Below the pieces are notes generated by a model. That model was given only the letters and a program-made list of their open reading frames with translations, did no database searches and was not told where the DNA came from. Positions 1 to 7,164 of a stretch of 27,103 bases of DNA are shown here, one piece after another. The first letter of the stretch is position 1. Each line of letters opens with the position of its first letter. Where the stretch lies: contig JBBTED010000074.1 of assembly GCA_038042445.1 (NCBI GenBank), positions 1 to 27,103 of the forward strand, read 5' to 3'. The translations under genes and the position numbers were made by a program. Origin of the DNA: Candidatus Firestoneibacteriota bacterium. Lineage in GTDB: Bacteria; Oederibacteriota; D2-FULL-39-29; JBBTED01.

Positions 1-1
1 C

Positions 2-157
2 AGAACATACACCTACTGCAACTGATTCCTCTCCAATATATATATGCACAAATCCAGGAATAAAACCTTTTGCATATAACTCACTTACTTTCTCTTCAAA
101 CTTTCGTATAGTAATCATTTTTTTATACATATCTAACAATTTTTCTTTATTGACCAT
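2..157 (-). CDS. TPP-dependent 2-oxoacid/acetoin dehydrogenase E1 alpha subunit, 5' part (runs off window)
   Basis: Manual translation MVNKEKLLDMYKKMITIRKFEEKVSELYAKGFIPGFVHIYIGEESVAVGVCS matches the PdhA/AcoA N-terminus (IRxFEE...GFxHxYxGxE). GGAGG SD lies upstream of ATG 157; an alternative in-frame ATG at 175 overlaps the upstream stop. Confidence 0.88.
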   Translation of the reverse strand, partial: MVNKEKLLDMYKKMITIRKFEEKVSELYAKGFIPGFVHIYIGEESVAVGVCS

Positions 158-174
158 TCTTTCACCCTCCAACA

Positions 175-879
175 TTAAATTAGATTTTTTACATCTTTAA
201 TCACCCGAGGATTAGCACAAGATGCAAAAAATGCTTCACCATATTTTGCACCAATAAAAGTCCCACGAACCATAGCCAACCCTTTCAGATATAGGAAAAA
301 CCCCTTTAGCTGTTCCTTCTGGGATACCATAGCCCTCATTGCCTTCATTTTAATTTCAAAGGTATCCGTTATATCAACAATATGCGAAGGCTTAGCTATC
401 ATATCTATAACCTCGTAATGGTAGAGACCTTTTGCACGCCACGGTTTTCCCAAATCAAGAGAAACAGACTCCCAGCCTGCTTCCCACCATGCATCTGTTG
501 AAAGTCTGGCTAATGCTCCATGAGGGAAATATTCTTCCACCAAATGAGTAAATATTACATCAGGCCTATATTTTCTAATCATATGCATACAAATCTTATA
601 ATTTTTCTCATTCATTTCTACACCAAAATCAGGGTAATTGATAAGCTCATACTTGGAAATACCTAAAATTTTAGCTACTTCTTTTCGCTCCTCATCTCTA
701 ATTTTAACTACCTTTTCCTTCATACTAATATCAGTATAACCTTCATTACCATTACAAAACATTACTACCGTAACTTCTATTCCCTGATTAGCCAACTTTC
801 TGATAGTTCCACCCAGTCCGATAACTTCATCATCAGGATGTCCTATAAAAACTAACACTCTTTTCATATTATCACTCAT
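175..879 (-). CDS. PIG-L/LmbE family metal-dependent deacetylase
   Basis: GHPDDE motif, G-x-x-G segment, R-x-x-E (IRDEE), C-terminal VDITDTFEIK...K and YGEAF; AGGAGG SD upstream. Confidence 0.9.
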   Translation of the reverse strand: MSDNMKRVLVFIGHPDDEVIGLGGTIRKLANQGIEVTVVMFCNGNEGYTDISMKEKVVKIRDEERKEVAKILGISKYELINYPDFGVEMNEKNYKICMHMIRKYRPDVIFTHLVEEYFPHGALARLSTDAWWEAGWESVSLDLGKPWRAKGLYHYEVIDMIAKPSHIVDITDTFEIKMKAMRAMVSQKEQLKGFFLYLKGLAMVRGTFIGAKYGEAFFASCANPRVIKDVKNLI

Positions 880-910
880 AATCTATATCCTCCTTTTTTC
901 TTTCGCAGTG

Positions 911-1103
911 ATAGCCGCCCGCCTAGGCGAGCGGTATTATTTTTTACCATTTTTTCCACAGGCTAAAGAGCCTGTGTCAAAAGGCGTCATTCTGAGGCAG
1001 TAGCCGAAGAATCTCGCTTTAAAGCCCTTTAAAAACGAGATCCTTCACTGCGTTCAGGATGACAAAATAGGGTTTTGACACAAGCTCTAAAACCTGCGAC
1101 TAC
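911..1103. repeat. GTAG-type REP doublet (REPIN-like), right-hand REP interrupted by a MITE
   Basis: Hairpin ATAGCCGCCCGCC-TA-GGCGAGCGG at 911-934. The opposed REP reconstructs on the minus strand as GTAGTCGCAGGT-TTTA-GCCTGTGG (956-967 plus 1092-1103) once 968-1091 is removed. Confidence 0.75.
968..1087 (-). mobile_element. 120-bp MITE, copy 1, carrying an internal GTCA-type palindrome (986-1063)
   Basis: Terminal inverted repeats GAGCCTGTGTCAAAA / TTTTGACACAAGCTC, flanked by direct TAAA at 964-967 and 1088-1091. Aligns end to end with the reverse complement of 5771-5914. Confidence 0.85.
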
Positions 1104-1151
1104 CTTTACGATACAGTCTAAATCATCGGTTTTTCCTTTTGTTTCCTTCTT

Positions 1152-3008
1152 TCATAAAACTTTTTTTTGCATTTTTTTATCAGACCCAGGACCCATACTT
1201 GGCCTTATTGGGGACCATGATTTTCCTGAAAAACATCCAGCCCATTCTTTTTTATTCTGCGAAATCTGATTTGACCTTGGAATAATAGGTAACCTAATAT
1301 ATGAAGCATACTTACTATTATGAAATACTGTCTGAAAAGCGGGTTTAAGTATTTTATCAAAACCAAATATCCCCCCTGTATTTGGATTACGGTCAAATCG
1401 TGGAAAGTTACTACTTGAAATTTCAACACGAATTGAATGTCCTTTTTTAAACACATTACTTGTTGCTATAAGATCAATTATGTACTGGTAAACTTTTCCA
1501 GGCTTTATTAGTTTTTCTCTAATTAAAGATTCTCTATACCTTGCCCGTATAATACCATCTGTTAAATTTCGTGCATATCCAGAAGGATAAACATCTATAA
1601 GCTTACCTGTAAAGTCTGTATCTAACGCTGAAGACGTAGCAAAAAGTATTATAGTAATTTCTCCTGTTACCTCTATATCTTCCTTTAATACTTCACTAGT
1701 GTATACAAGAACATCTTCTCTTGTTTCCATTTCTCTTTGATCAAAAGCACCTCCACAAACCGCTCCTGACCAGCAACAAAGTCCACCACCTTTTGTAGGA
1801 ACTGGATTAATAGGATTGTATAAATAATTGTCTGGAGGTTCATTTGCTATGGGCTTCTCTGGACTTAAATATCCATCGCCATAGAGACTATTTGCACATC
1901 CTCTGCTGTGAAAATAATAATTAACATATCTTGTACGAGATAATGGCCATTCTTTTTCTTCTCTCCAATAATTCTCTCCCATTACAAATATAAGCACAGG
2001 TGGTTCATCTGCAATACCATTATCAATATCTTTGAGCCAATAATCAAACCAACGAATTTGCAACCCATCTAAATCAAAAAATGCAGGATTTGTTACTGCT
2101 CCAAAATTTACTTCGCCTACAACATTACTTACAGGTACACTATGATGCCATGGACCAATGATTATTTTCTGATTTCTTCTTACCTGAGATGTTTTTCCAT
2201 ATTCACGCATACCAACAAAATTATGTAGTGTCCCACCAAGAAAAATATCATACCAACCACCAAGATTATAAGCAGGAACTGTTATATTCTGATATTTTTT
2301 TTCTATATCCCATTTTCTCCAGTAATCATCATTATTTGGATGAGAAAGCCAATCATAATAGTAAGCAGCTCCATTTCTAAAAATTGGGATTTCATTTAAT
2401 GGTAGAAATTTAAACCATTCACACATTTTATCTATAGCCAACATAAGAGCGCTATGTTCTTTTTTAGCTTTGGAATTAAAATACGCTTGTTTATTTAATG
2501 TATCCGGCGCAAGAATAGGTAATATCCAACTGATGTTAAATCCTAAAGCAAATGCTCCTCCCTGATATGTCCAACCATTGTAACATTGAGATGAAGTCAA
2601 GCTTGGGAAAATTGCTTTTAAATGTGGAGGAGATGCAATAGCTGCAAGCCATTGTGTCATTCCAAAATACGATACACCATACATTCCTACTTTGCCATTA
2701 CACCATTTTTGGGAAGCAACCCACTCTACAGTATCATATCCATCATCTGCTTCATAAGAAAAAGGATAAAAAATTCCTTCAGAAGCATAACGACCTCTTG
2801 TATCCTGAATAACCACCACATATCCTTCTCTTGCTGCTCTAATAGGGTCCAAAGCAGGATAACTAATAAGAGGATTGCTTTTGTTATAAGGCATACGACA
2901 AAGCAAAGCTGGGCACTTTTCTCCCTCAGGAGAATAAATATCAGCATAAAGTATTACTCCATCTCTCATACGAATTGGAACATCTTTTTTTATTACTACA
3001 TTTGTCAT
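1152..3008 (-). CDS. CocE/NonD family serine hydrolase (peptidase S15-like)
   Basis: MRDGV-LYADIY, QDTRGRYASEG, nucleophile motif GVSYFG, GGWYD, IGPWHH, C-terminal SSSNFPRFDRNPNTG. Start placed at ATG 3008, which forms an ATGA overlap with the upstream stop. Confidence 0.93.
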   Translation of the reverse strand: MTNVVIKKDVPIRMRDGVILYADIYSPEGEKCPALLCRMPYNKSNPLISYPALDPIRAAREGYVVVIQDTRGRYASEGIFYPFSYEADDGYDTVEWVASQKWCNGKVGMYGVSYFGMTQWLAAIASPPHLKAIFPSLTSSQCYNGWTYQGGAFALGFNISWILPILAPDTLNKQAYFNSKAKKEHSALMLAIDKMCEWFKFLPLNEIPIFRNGAAYYYDWLSHPNNDDYWRKWDIEKKYQNITVPAYNLGGWYDIFLGGTLHNFVGMREYGKTSQVRRNQKIIIGPWHHSVPVSNVVGEVNFGAVTNPAFFDLDGLQIRWFDYWLKDIDNGIADEPPVLIFVMGENYWREEKEWPLSRTRYVNYYFHSRGCANSLYGDGYLSPEKPIANEPPDNYLYNPINPVPTKGGGLCCWSGAVCGGAFDQREMETREDVLVYTSEVLKEDIEVTGEITIILFATSSALDTDFTGKLIDVYPSGYARNLTDGIIRARYRESLIREKLIKPGKVYQYIIDLIATSNVFKKGHSIRVEISSSNFPRFDRNPNTGGIFGFDKILKPAFQTVFHNSKYASYIRLPIIPRSNQISQNKKEWAGCFSGKSWSPIRPSMGPGSDKKMQKKVL

Positions 3009-4714
3009 ATTTTGTATTTTCCCCACATATCTTTTATTTTTTTGTATGCTTTATCAGAAATTGAACTGCCATCTATAAGATGAGTAGCATAAAATATATG
3101 AGGCACACACCCTAATGAAATATCCATCTCAAGCTGAGACAACCATTCGGCTTCACTTTTATTTCCTTCGTTATTTACCTCTGTATTTAAAAGACAGTGT
3201 GGCAAAGTTATACGACTAATCCCAATTAATTCCTTTAAAACATCAACAATATTAAGTTTATCTATTCTTGGTGTTACTAAACAAGTAACCATATCAGCAA
3301 AATGCGAAAAATATGGATTCGCAATTACTGTTATTATTAAAGCATCTTTTTTCGCTTTTTTGGCTTCTTCATAGTAAATTCTTAAACTATTTTTTAAAAG
3401 CTCTGCGCCCCAAATCTCACCATAAGTTTTTAATCTTTCATCAGTTCTTAATACTTCACCAGAAATAAATCCATAGTTATATTCAGGATATCTCATACCA
3501 AAACCATAAAGGTCATAAACTTTCTTTTCAGATGGAAAACCTACTGCAGTACCTACTTTTAGGCCATCTGCATTAAGACAGTTTTTTTCATTAGATAACA
3601 TATAATGAACCAATCTTTTTAATCTTTTTAAATATGCTGGATTACTTGTATCAACTGTCATTGGTTTTTTACCTCTGTTTATACATTCTTTATTAGGTAT
3701 TCCACCTATACTCCAGACAGATGGCCATAAAATAACCTTTTGGCCTTTTGCATGGCATTTATCAATAAAGCCACGCATATCAGGCCATTTACCTTTATCT
3801 ACTACCTGCTCTCCATAGTAAAGCTGCCAACCATCATCTATTATTATCGTTGATGGAATAATTCCTTTATCCTCAAGAATTTTTAGCCAAGTTTCGTAAT
3901 TGTATTGTGTGCAATACACTGAAGGAGATATTGAAGGATGAATCCATTCCTTTCCACAATAATACATTTGTTCACCAAAACCACAAAACATTGGCTTCTT
4001 CCACCATTGATATATTTTCGTATCCTTAGGAAAACTAACATACTTGTGATAAACCAACCATTCTATGAATTTCCTATATACTTCATACTTTTTATCTGCT
4101 TGTGAAAACTGCATAATTAAATGTGGACTCTCCCAACTCTTTATAATCTTAGTATGGCCTTCATAGTCTAAATTTAGATGAAATTGTCCTTTTTTATGCT
4201 CAAACTGAAAATCAGCAAAAGTATATTCTCCATCTTCAATAGCCAAACCAAAACTTATCCAATTATTATTTTTAAACTTTGCTAAATAGCATATTGGTGC
4301 ACACTGCCTCTCTGCTTGTTGTTCAACACAACTTACTTCACTAAAATCACCTTTTGAAGATATAAATTCATCTTTAAAAAACCCTCCGAAAAATTTACAT
4401 TCTCCTATTTCACCTTGCCCTTTAATCTGAAAATAAAATTCAATTGAATCTTCGTAACATCTGAATACATAGCATTTCTCATCCCATATATTACTTTTTT
4501 CACTAATAGAAATTTGAAGAACACCATTTGCAAGCTTTTCTATCACTGGTTTTCCAAGTTTTTGACATAAATCACTCTTTGTTAATTTATCGCATTGTGA
4601 TATTAAAGATAATTCCATAGGTTGGATAGCTTTACTACCAAAAGGAAATATTATAACTTTCCTCTTTTCAAAATCCAAAACAAACTTATAATCCCTCTTG
4701 CAAATTTCCGTCAT
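3005..4714 (-). CDS. GH31/GH36-like TIM-barrel protein, apparently lacking canonical catalytic Asp residues
   Basis: IIIDDGWQ, KWPDMRGFIDKCHAKGQKVILW, D-x-SNP and ADGLK motifs of clan GH-D/GH31 barrels. Start ATG 4714 follows an AGGAGG SD. Confidence 0.75.
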   Translation of the reverse strand: MTEICKRDYKFVLDFEKRKVIIFPFGSKAIQPMELSLISQCDKLTKSDLCQKLGKPVIEKLANGVLQISISEKSNIWDEKCYVFRCYEDSIEFYFQIKGQGEIGECKFFGGFFKDEFISSKGDFSEVSCVEQQAERQCAPICYLAKFKNNNWISFGLAIEDGEYTFADFQFEHKKGQFHLNLDYEGHTKIIKSWESPHLIMQFSQADKKYEVYRKFIEWLVYHKYVSFPKDTKIYQWWKKPMFCGFGEQMYYCGKEWIHPSISPSVYCTQYNYETWLKILEDKGIIPSTIIIDDGWQLYYGEQVVDKGKWPDMRGFIDKCHAKGQKVILWPSVWSIGGIPNKECINRGKKPMTVDTSNPAYLKRLKRLVHYMLSNEKNCLNADGLKVGTAVGFPSEKKVYDLYGFGMRYPEYNYGFISGEVLRTDERLKTYGEIWGAELLKNSLRIYYEEAKKAKKDALIITVIANPYFSHFADMVTCLVTPRIDKLNIVDVLKELIGISRITLPHCLLNTEVNNEGNKSEAEWLSQLEMDISLGCVPHIFYATHLIDGSSISDKAYKKIKDMWGKYKI

Positions 4715-4748
4715 TTTAAAACCTCCTCTATTTATACTCCTATTTATA

Positions 4749-4777
4749 AATATGCTTAATAATGTGTATTTTGTCAA
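4749..4777 (-). promoter_or_regulatory. Sigma70-type promoter for the GH-like/CocE genes
   Basis: TTGACA (4777-4772), 17-bp spacer, CATATT (4754-4749). Confidence 0.6.
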
Positions 4778-4809
4778 TGGACATTCTGCGGTTTCGTGTG
4801 GACTTTTTG
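4778..4809 (-). promoter_or_regulatory. Putative AraC-family operator (tandem direct repeat)
   Basis: CAAAAAGTCCA and CAGAATGTCCA repeated at exactly 21-bp spacing, the second abutting the -35 box; adjacent to the AraC gene. Confidence 0.5.
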
Positions 4810-4832
4810 AAACTGCTAATCGCAACACATTT

Positions 4833-5729
4833 TTAGGAATTATTTGAATTATGCCCGCTAACTGAAATGAGTTTTTCGCGATATTTACCTGGTGTTACAC
4901 CTGTATTTTTTTTAAATATTCTGTGAAAATAGTATGGGTCATTATAACCTACTTCTGATGCAATAGATGAAATTTTCTTTTTAAAATTTTTAAGCAGATT
5001 TTTTGCGATTTCTATTTTAATTTTTGTTAAATATTGTATTGGTGAAGAACCTATTTCTTTTCTGAAGAGTGATGAGATATGCTGTGGTGATAAATGAAAT
5101 TTATTTGATAATTCTATATCGCTAAATTGTTTTTTGTAATTTTTCTTAATGTATTTACACATTTCCATTACAATGTTTTTTTGTAAATTTTTATTTAGCA
5201 TTATGGTGGAAGAGAAAATTTCATTTCGGACATGCAAAAATCTATATATTTCAATTAGCAAATTAATCAAATATGATTTTATTTTTAGTGTATAACCTGT
5301 TTTTTTTACAACCGCCTCATCAAGTATATTTTGAAAAATATCGCCTATTTCCCTTTCTGGAATAATATGTATTTTTGTTGGAAATTTAAAAATTTCATCT
5401 AATGTATGCATCTTGTTTTCTTTAGATATTCTTATTGTTATAAAAACTAATTCAAAGGGATCAGATAAATCGCAAACCTCATAATGTTCTTCATACGGTT
5501 TAACAACAAAAAGATCCCCTGGTTCCATATTAAATTTTTTACCTTCCAAATAATATTCCCCTTTTCCATCCACAACAAAGCAAAATTCGTATACATTATC
5601 CTTATGCACAGCAATTCCTGATGTCCATTTGTCTTTTTTTTCTGCTAAATGGATATGTTGTAGTTCTATGTTCATGCTAAAAAGTATTTTTTTGAGTCTG
5701 TCTATCTCAAATTTATATATGTGTATCAT
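4833..5729 (-). CDS. AraC-family transcriptional regulator (cupin sensor plus double HTH)
   Basis: N-terminal cupin (H-x-x-x-x-YE...PGDLF...H); C-terminal IASEVGYNDPYYFHRIFKKNTGVTPGKYR signature. Confidence 0.95.
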   Translation of the reverse strand: MIHIYKFEIDRLKKILFSMNIELQHIHLAEKKDKWTSGIAVHKDNVYEFCFVVDGKGEYYLEGKKFNMEPGDLFVVKPYEEHYEVCDLSDPFELVFITIRISKENKMHTLDEIFKFPTKIHIIPEREIGDIFQNILDEAVVKKTGYTLKIKSYLINLLIEIYRFLHVRNEIFSSTIMLNKNLQKNIVMEMCKYIKKNYKKQFSDIELSNKFHLSPQHISSLFRKEIGSSPIQYLTKIKIEIAKNLLKNFKKKISSIASEVGYNDPYYFHRIFKKNTGVTPGKYREKLISVSGHNSNNS

Positions 5730-5736
5730 AAGTATA

Positions 5737-5745
5737 ATTATATCA
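5737..5745 (-). promoter_or_regulatory. Extended -10 promoter for the AraC gene (likely leaderless)
   Basis: TGATATAAT followed by 7 nt and then ATG 5729; no SD. Confidence 0.55.
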
Positions 5746-5754
5746 TATTTTTAT

Positions 5755-5959
5755 GTAGGGCAAGGCTTTAGAATCTGTGCCAAAACTCCATTTTGTCATA
5801 CTGAACACATTCGTTTTACTCAGTGTAAACTCCGTGAAGGATCTCGTTTTTAAAAGACTTTTAAACGAGATTCTTCGGCTATCGCCTCAGAATGACAGCT
5901 TTTGGCACAAGCTCTTTAGCCTTGCGAATATAAAATGCAAACCTAAAGGTTTGCCCTAC
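5755..5959. repeat. GTAG-type REP doublet, left REP interrupted by a MITE
   Basis: GTAGGGCAAGGC-TTTA-[MITE]-TTTA-GCCTTGC, plus the opposed intact REP GCAAACCTAAAGGTTTGCCCTAC (5937-5959). Confidence 0.85.
5771..5914 (+). mobile_element. 144-bp MITE, copy 2 (copy 1 plus 24 bp)
   Basis: Terminal inverted repeats GAATCTGTGCCAAAA / TTTTGGCACAAGCTC; TTTA duplicated at 5767-5770 and 5915-5918; internal GTCA...GAAGGATCT / AGATTCTTCGG...CAGAATGAC palindrome. Confidence 0.85.
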
Positions 5960-5964
5960 AAAAT

Positions 5965-6963
5965 TCAACATTTATTAACACTTTCATAAAATAGCAAAAT
6001 ATCAGAAATTGTTGTTTCTTCTGCAATAACGACTTTATGTTTATTGCCAAGTGGTGAAGAAATACGTGGGTCACTATGGTTTTTCAAAAATATAGCAAGA
6101 ACAAAAACAGACATACCAGCAGCTATATGCATAGGACCTGTATCATTTGTAATAAAAACATTACATCGTTCAACTAAAGCAGCAAATTGTCTTAAACTTG
6201 TAGAAGGAGCCAATATCAGCTTATGACTAAGTTTTGAAATCAAATTATTTGCAATTTCCTCTTCACCTGGTCCCCAAAAAACTAAAATTTTAGGATTATT
6301 ATCTTTTTGCAAAATTGCATCTGCAAGTTTTGAAAAATTGTCTACACCCCACATTTTATATGATGCACTTGCACCTGGATTAACTCCAATTAAAATATCG
6401 TTTTCATTTATTCCAGCATTTTTCAAAAACTCATCTGCATATTTTTTGTCTTCATTAGTAAATTTAATTTTTAAATCGTCAGTTTCACATTTAACATCAA
6501 TAGCTCGTAATAATGTGAAATATCGTTCAACATCATGACGCACACCTTTTATTGGTGCTACCTTAATGTTATAGAACATAGATTTCAAACCATCAGAATA
6601 ACCAATTCTATTTTTTGCACCTGTTAAAAAAGATAATACTGCTGTTTCCAGAAAATCCTGAAAATCCAAAACAATATCAAATTTCTTTTTTCGCAAATAA
6701 AGTAGTGCTTTAAAAATTTCGCGTATTGCTTTTAGCTTTGGCAAATTTCTCCATCTTTTTTTATCCCATACAATAATTTCATCAAAAGTATCATCTTTTT
6801 CAATCAAATTAAACGTTCTGGAATCAACTAACATAGTAATAGAAAGGTTGCGATATGTTTTTTTTAGTGAACGAACTGCAGGTAATGTTAATACTACATC
6901 TCCAACTCTATGAAAACGTATTATTAAAACTTTTTTTGAACTTTTAAAGTAATTGGTGTCCAT
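5965..6963 (-). CDS. Glycosyltransferase family 9 (LPS heptosyltransferase-like)
   Basis: LIIR...GDVVLT-P, NPGAS...K-W, NDTGPMHIAA motifs. Confidence 0.92.
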   Translation of the reverse strand: MDTNYFKSSKKVLIIRFHRVGDVVLTLPAVRSLKKTYRNLSITMLVDSRTFNLIEKDDTFDEIIVWDKKRWRNLPKLKAIREIFKALLYLRKKKFDIVLDFQDFLETAVLSFLTGAKNRIGYSDGLKSMFYNIKVAPIKGVRHDVERYFTLLRAIDVKCETDDLKIKFTNEDKKYADEFLKNAGINENDILIGVNPGASASYKMWGVDNFSKLADAILQKDNNPKILVFWGPGEEEIANNLISKLSHKLILAPSTSLRQFAALVERCNVFITNDTGPMHIAAGMSVFVLAIFLKNHSDPRISSPLGNKHKVVIAEETTISDILLFYESVNKC

Positions 6964-6967
6964 TTTT

Positions 6968-7164
6968 GTAAATTCTCACTGAACACCATTCCATTTCCTT
7001 GTCATTCCCGCATATAGTAAGCGGGAATCCAGTGACTTTAAAATCCTTTAAAATTAAAGCCTCTGGATTCCCGATAAAAGCATTCGGGAATGACAACCTA
7101 AAATATAACCATTATGACACAGTTTGCTTTCGCAAAAATGACATGGTGTTTACTGAGTATTTAT
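6968..7164. repeat. Nested palindromic element: outer 22-bp inverted repeat, GTCATTCCC/GGGAATGAC (dRS3-like) doublet at 6999-7096, orphan MITE-like terminus
   Basis: 6968-6989 vs 7143-7164 are inverted repeats (18/22). Two ATTCCC-N13-GGGAAT hairpins. TTATGACACAGT at 7112-7123. Confidence 0.75.

Noticed and set aside
1075..1269. Plus-strand 64-aa ORF, and similar ORFs at 5629-5853, 5777-5989 and 6999-7223
   Set aside because: They run through palindromic repeats or antisense to real genes, with no SD or recognisable motif.
4715..4828. 38-aa N-terminal extension of the GH-like ORF in the ORF track
   Set aside because: It spans the promoter/operator region; the strong AGGAGG SD points to ATG 4714.
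968..5914. Composite transposon or invertible segment formed by the two inverted MITE copies around AraC-GH-CocE
   Set aside because: Each copy has its own 4-bp duplication and its own self-complementary REP stem. The outer flanks (TAAA vs TTTA) are not a direct repeat, so independent insertions explain the pattern better.
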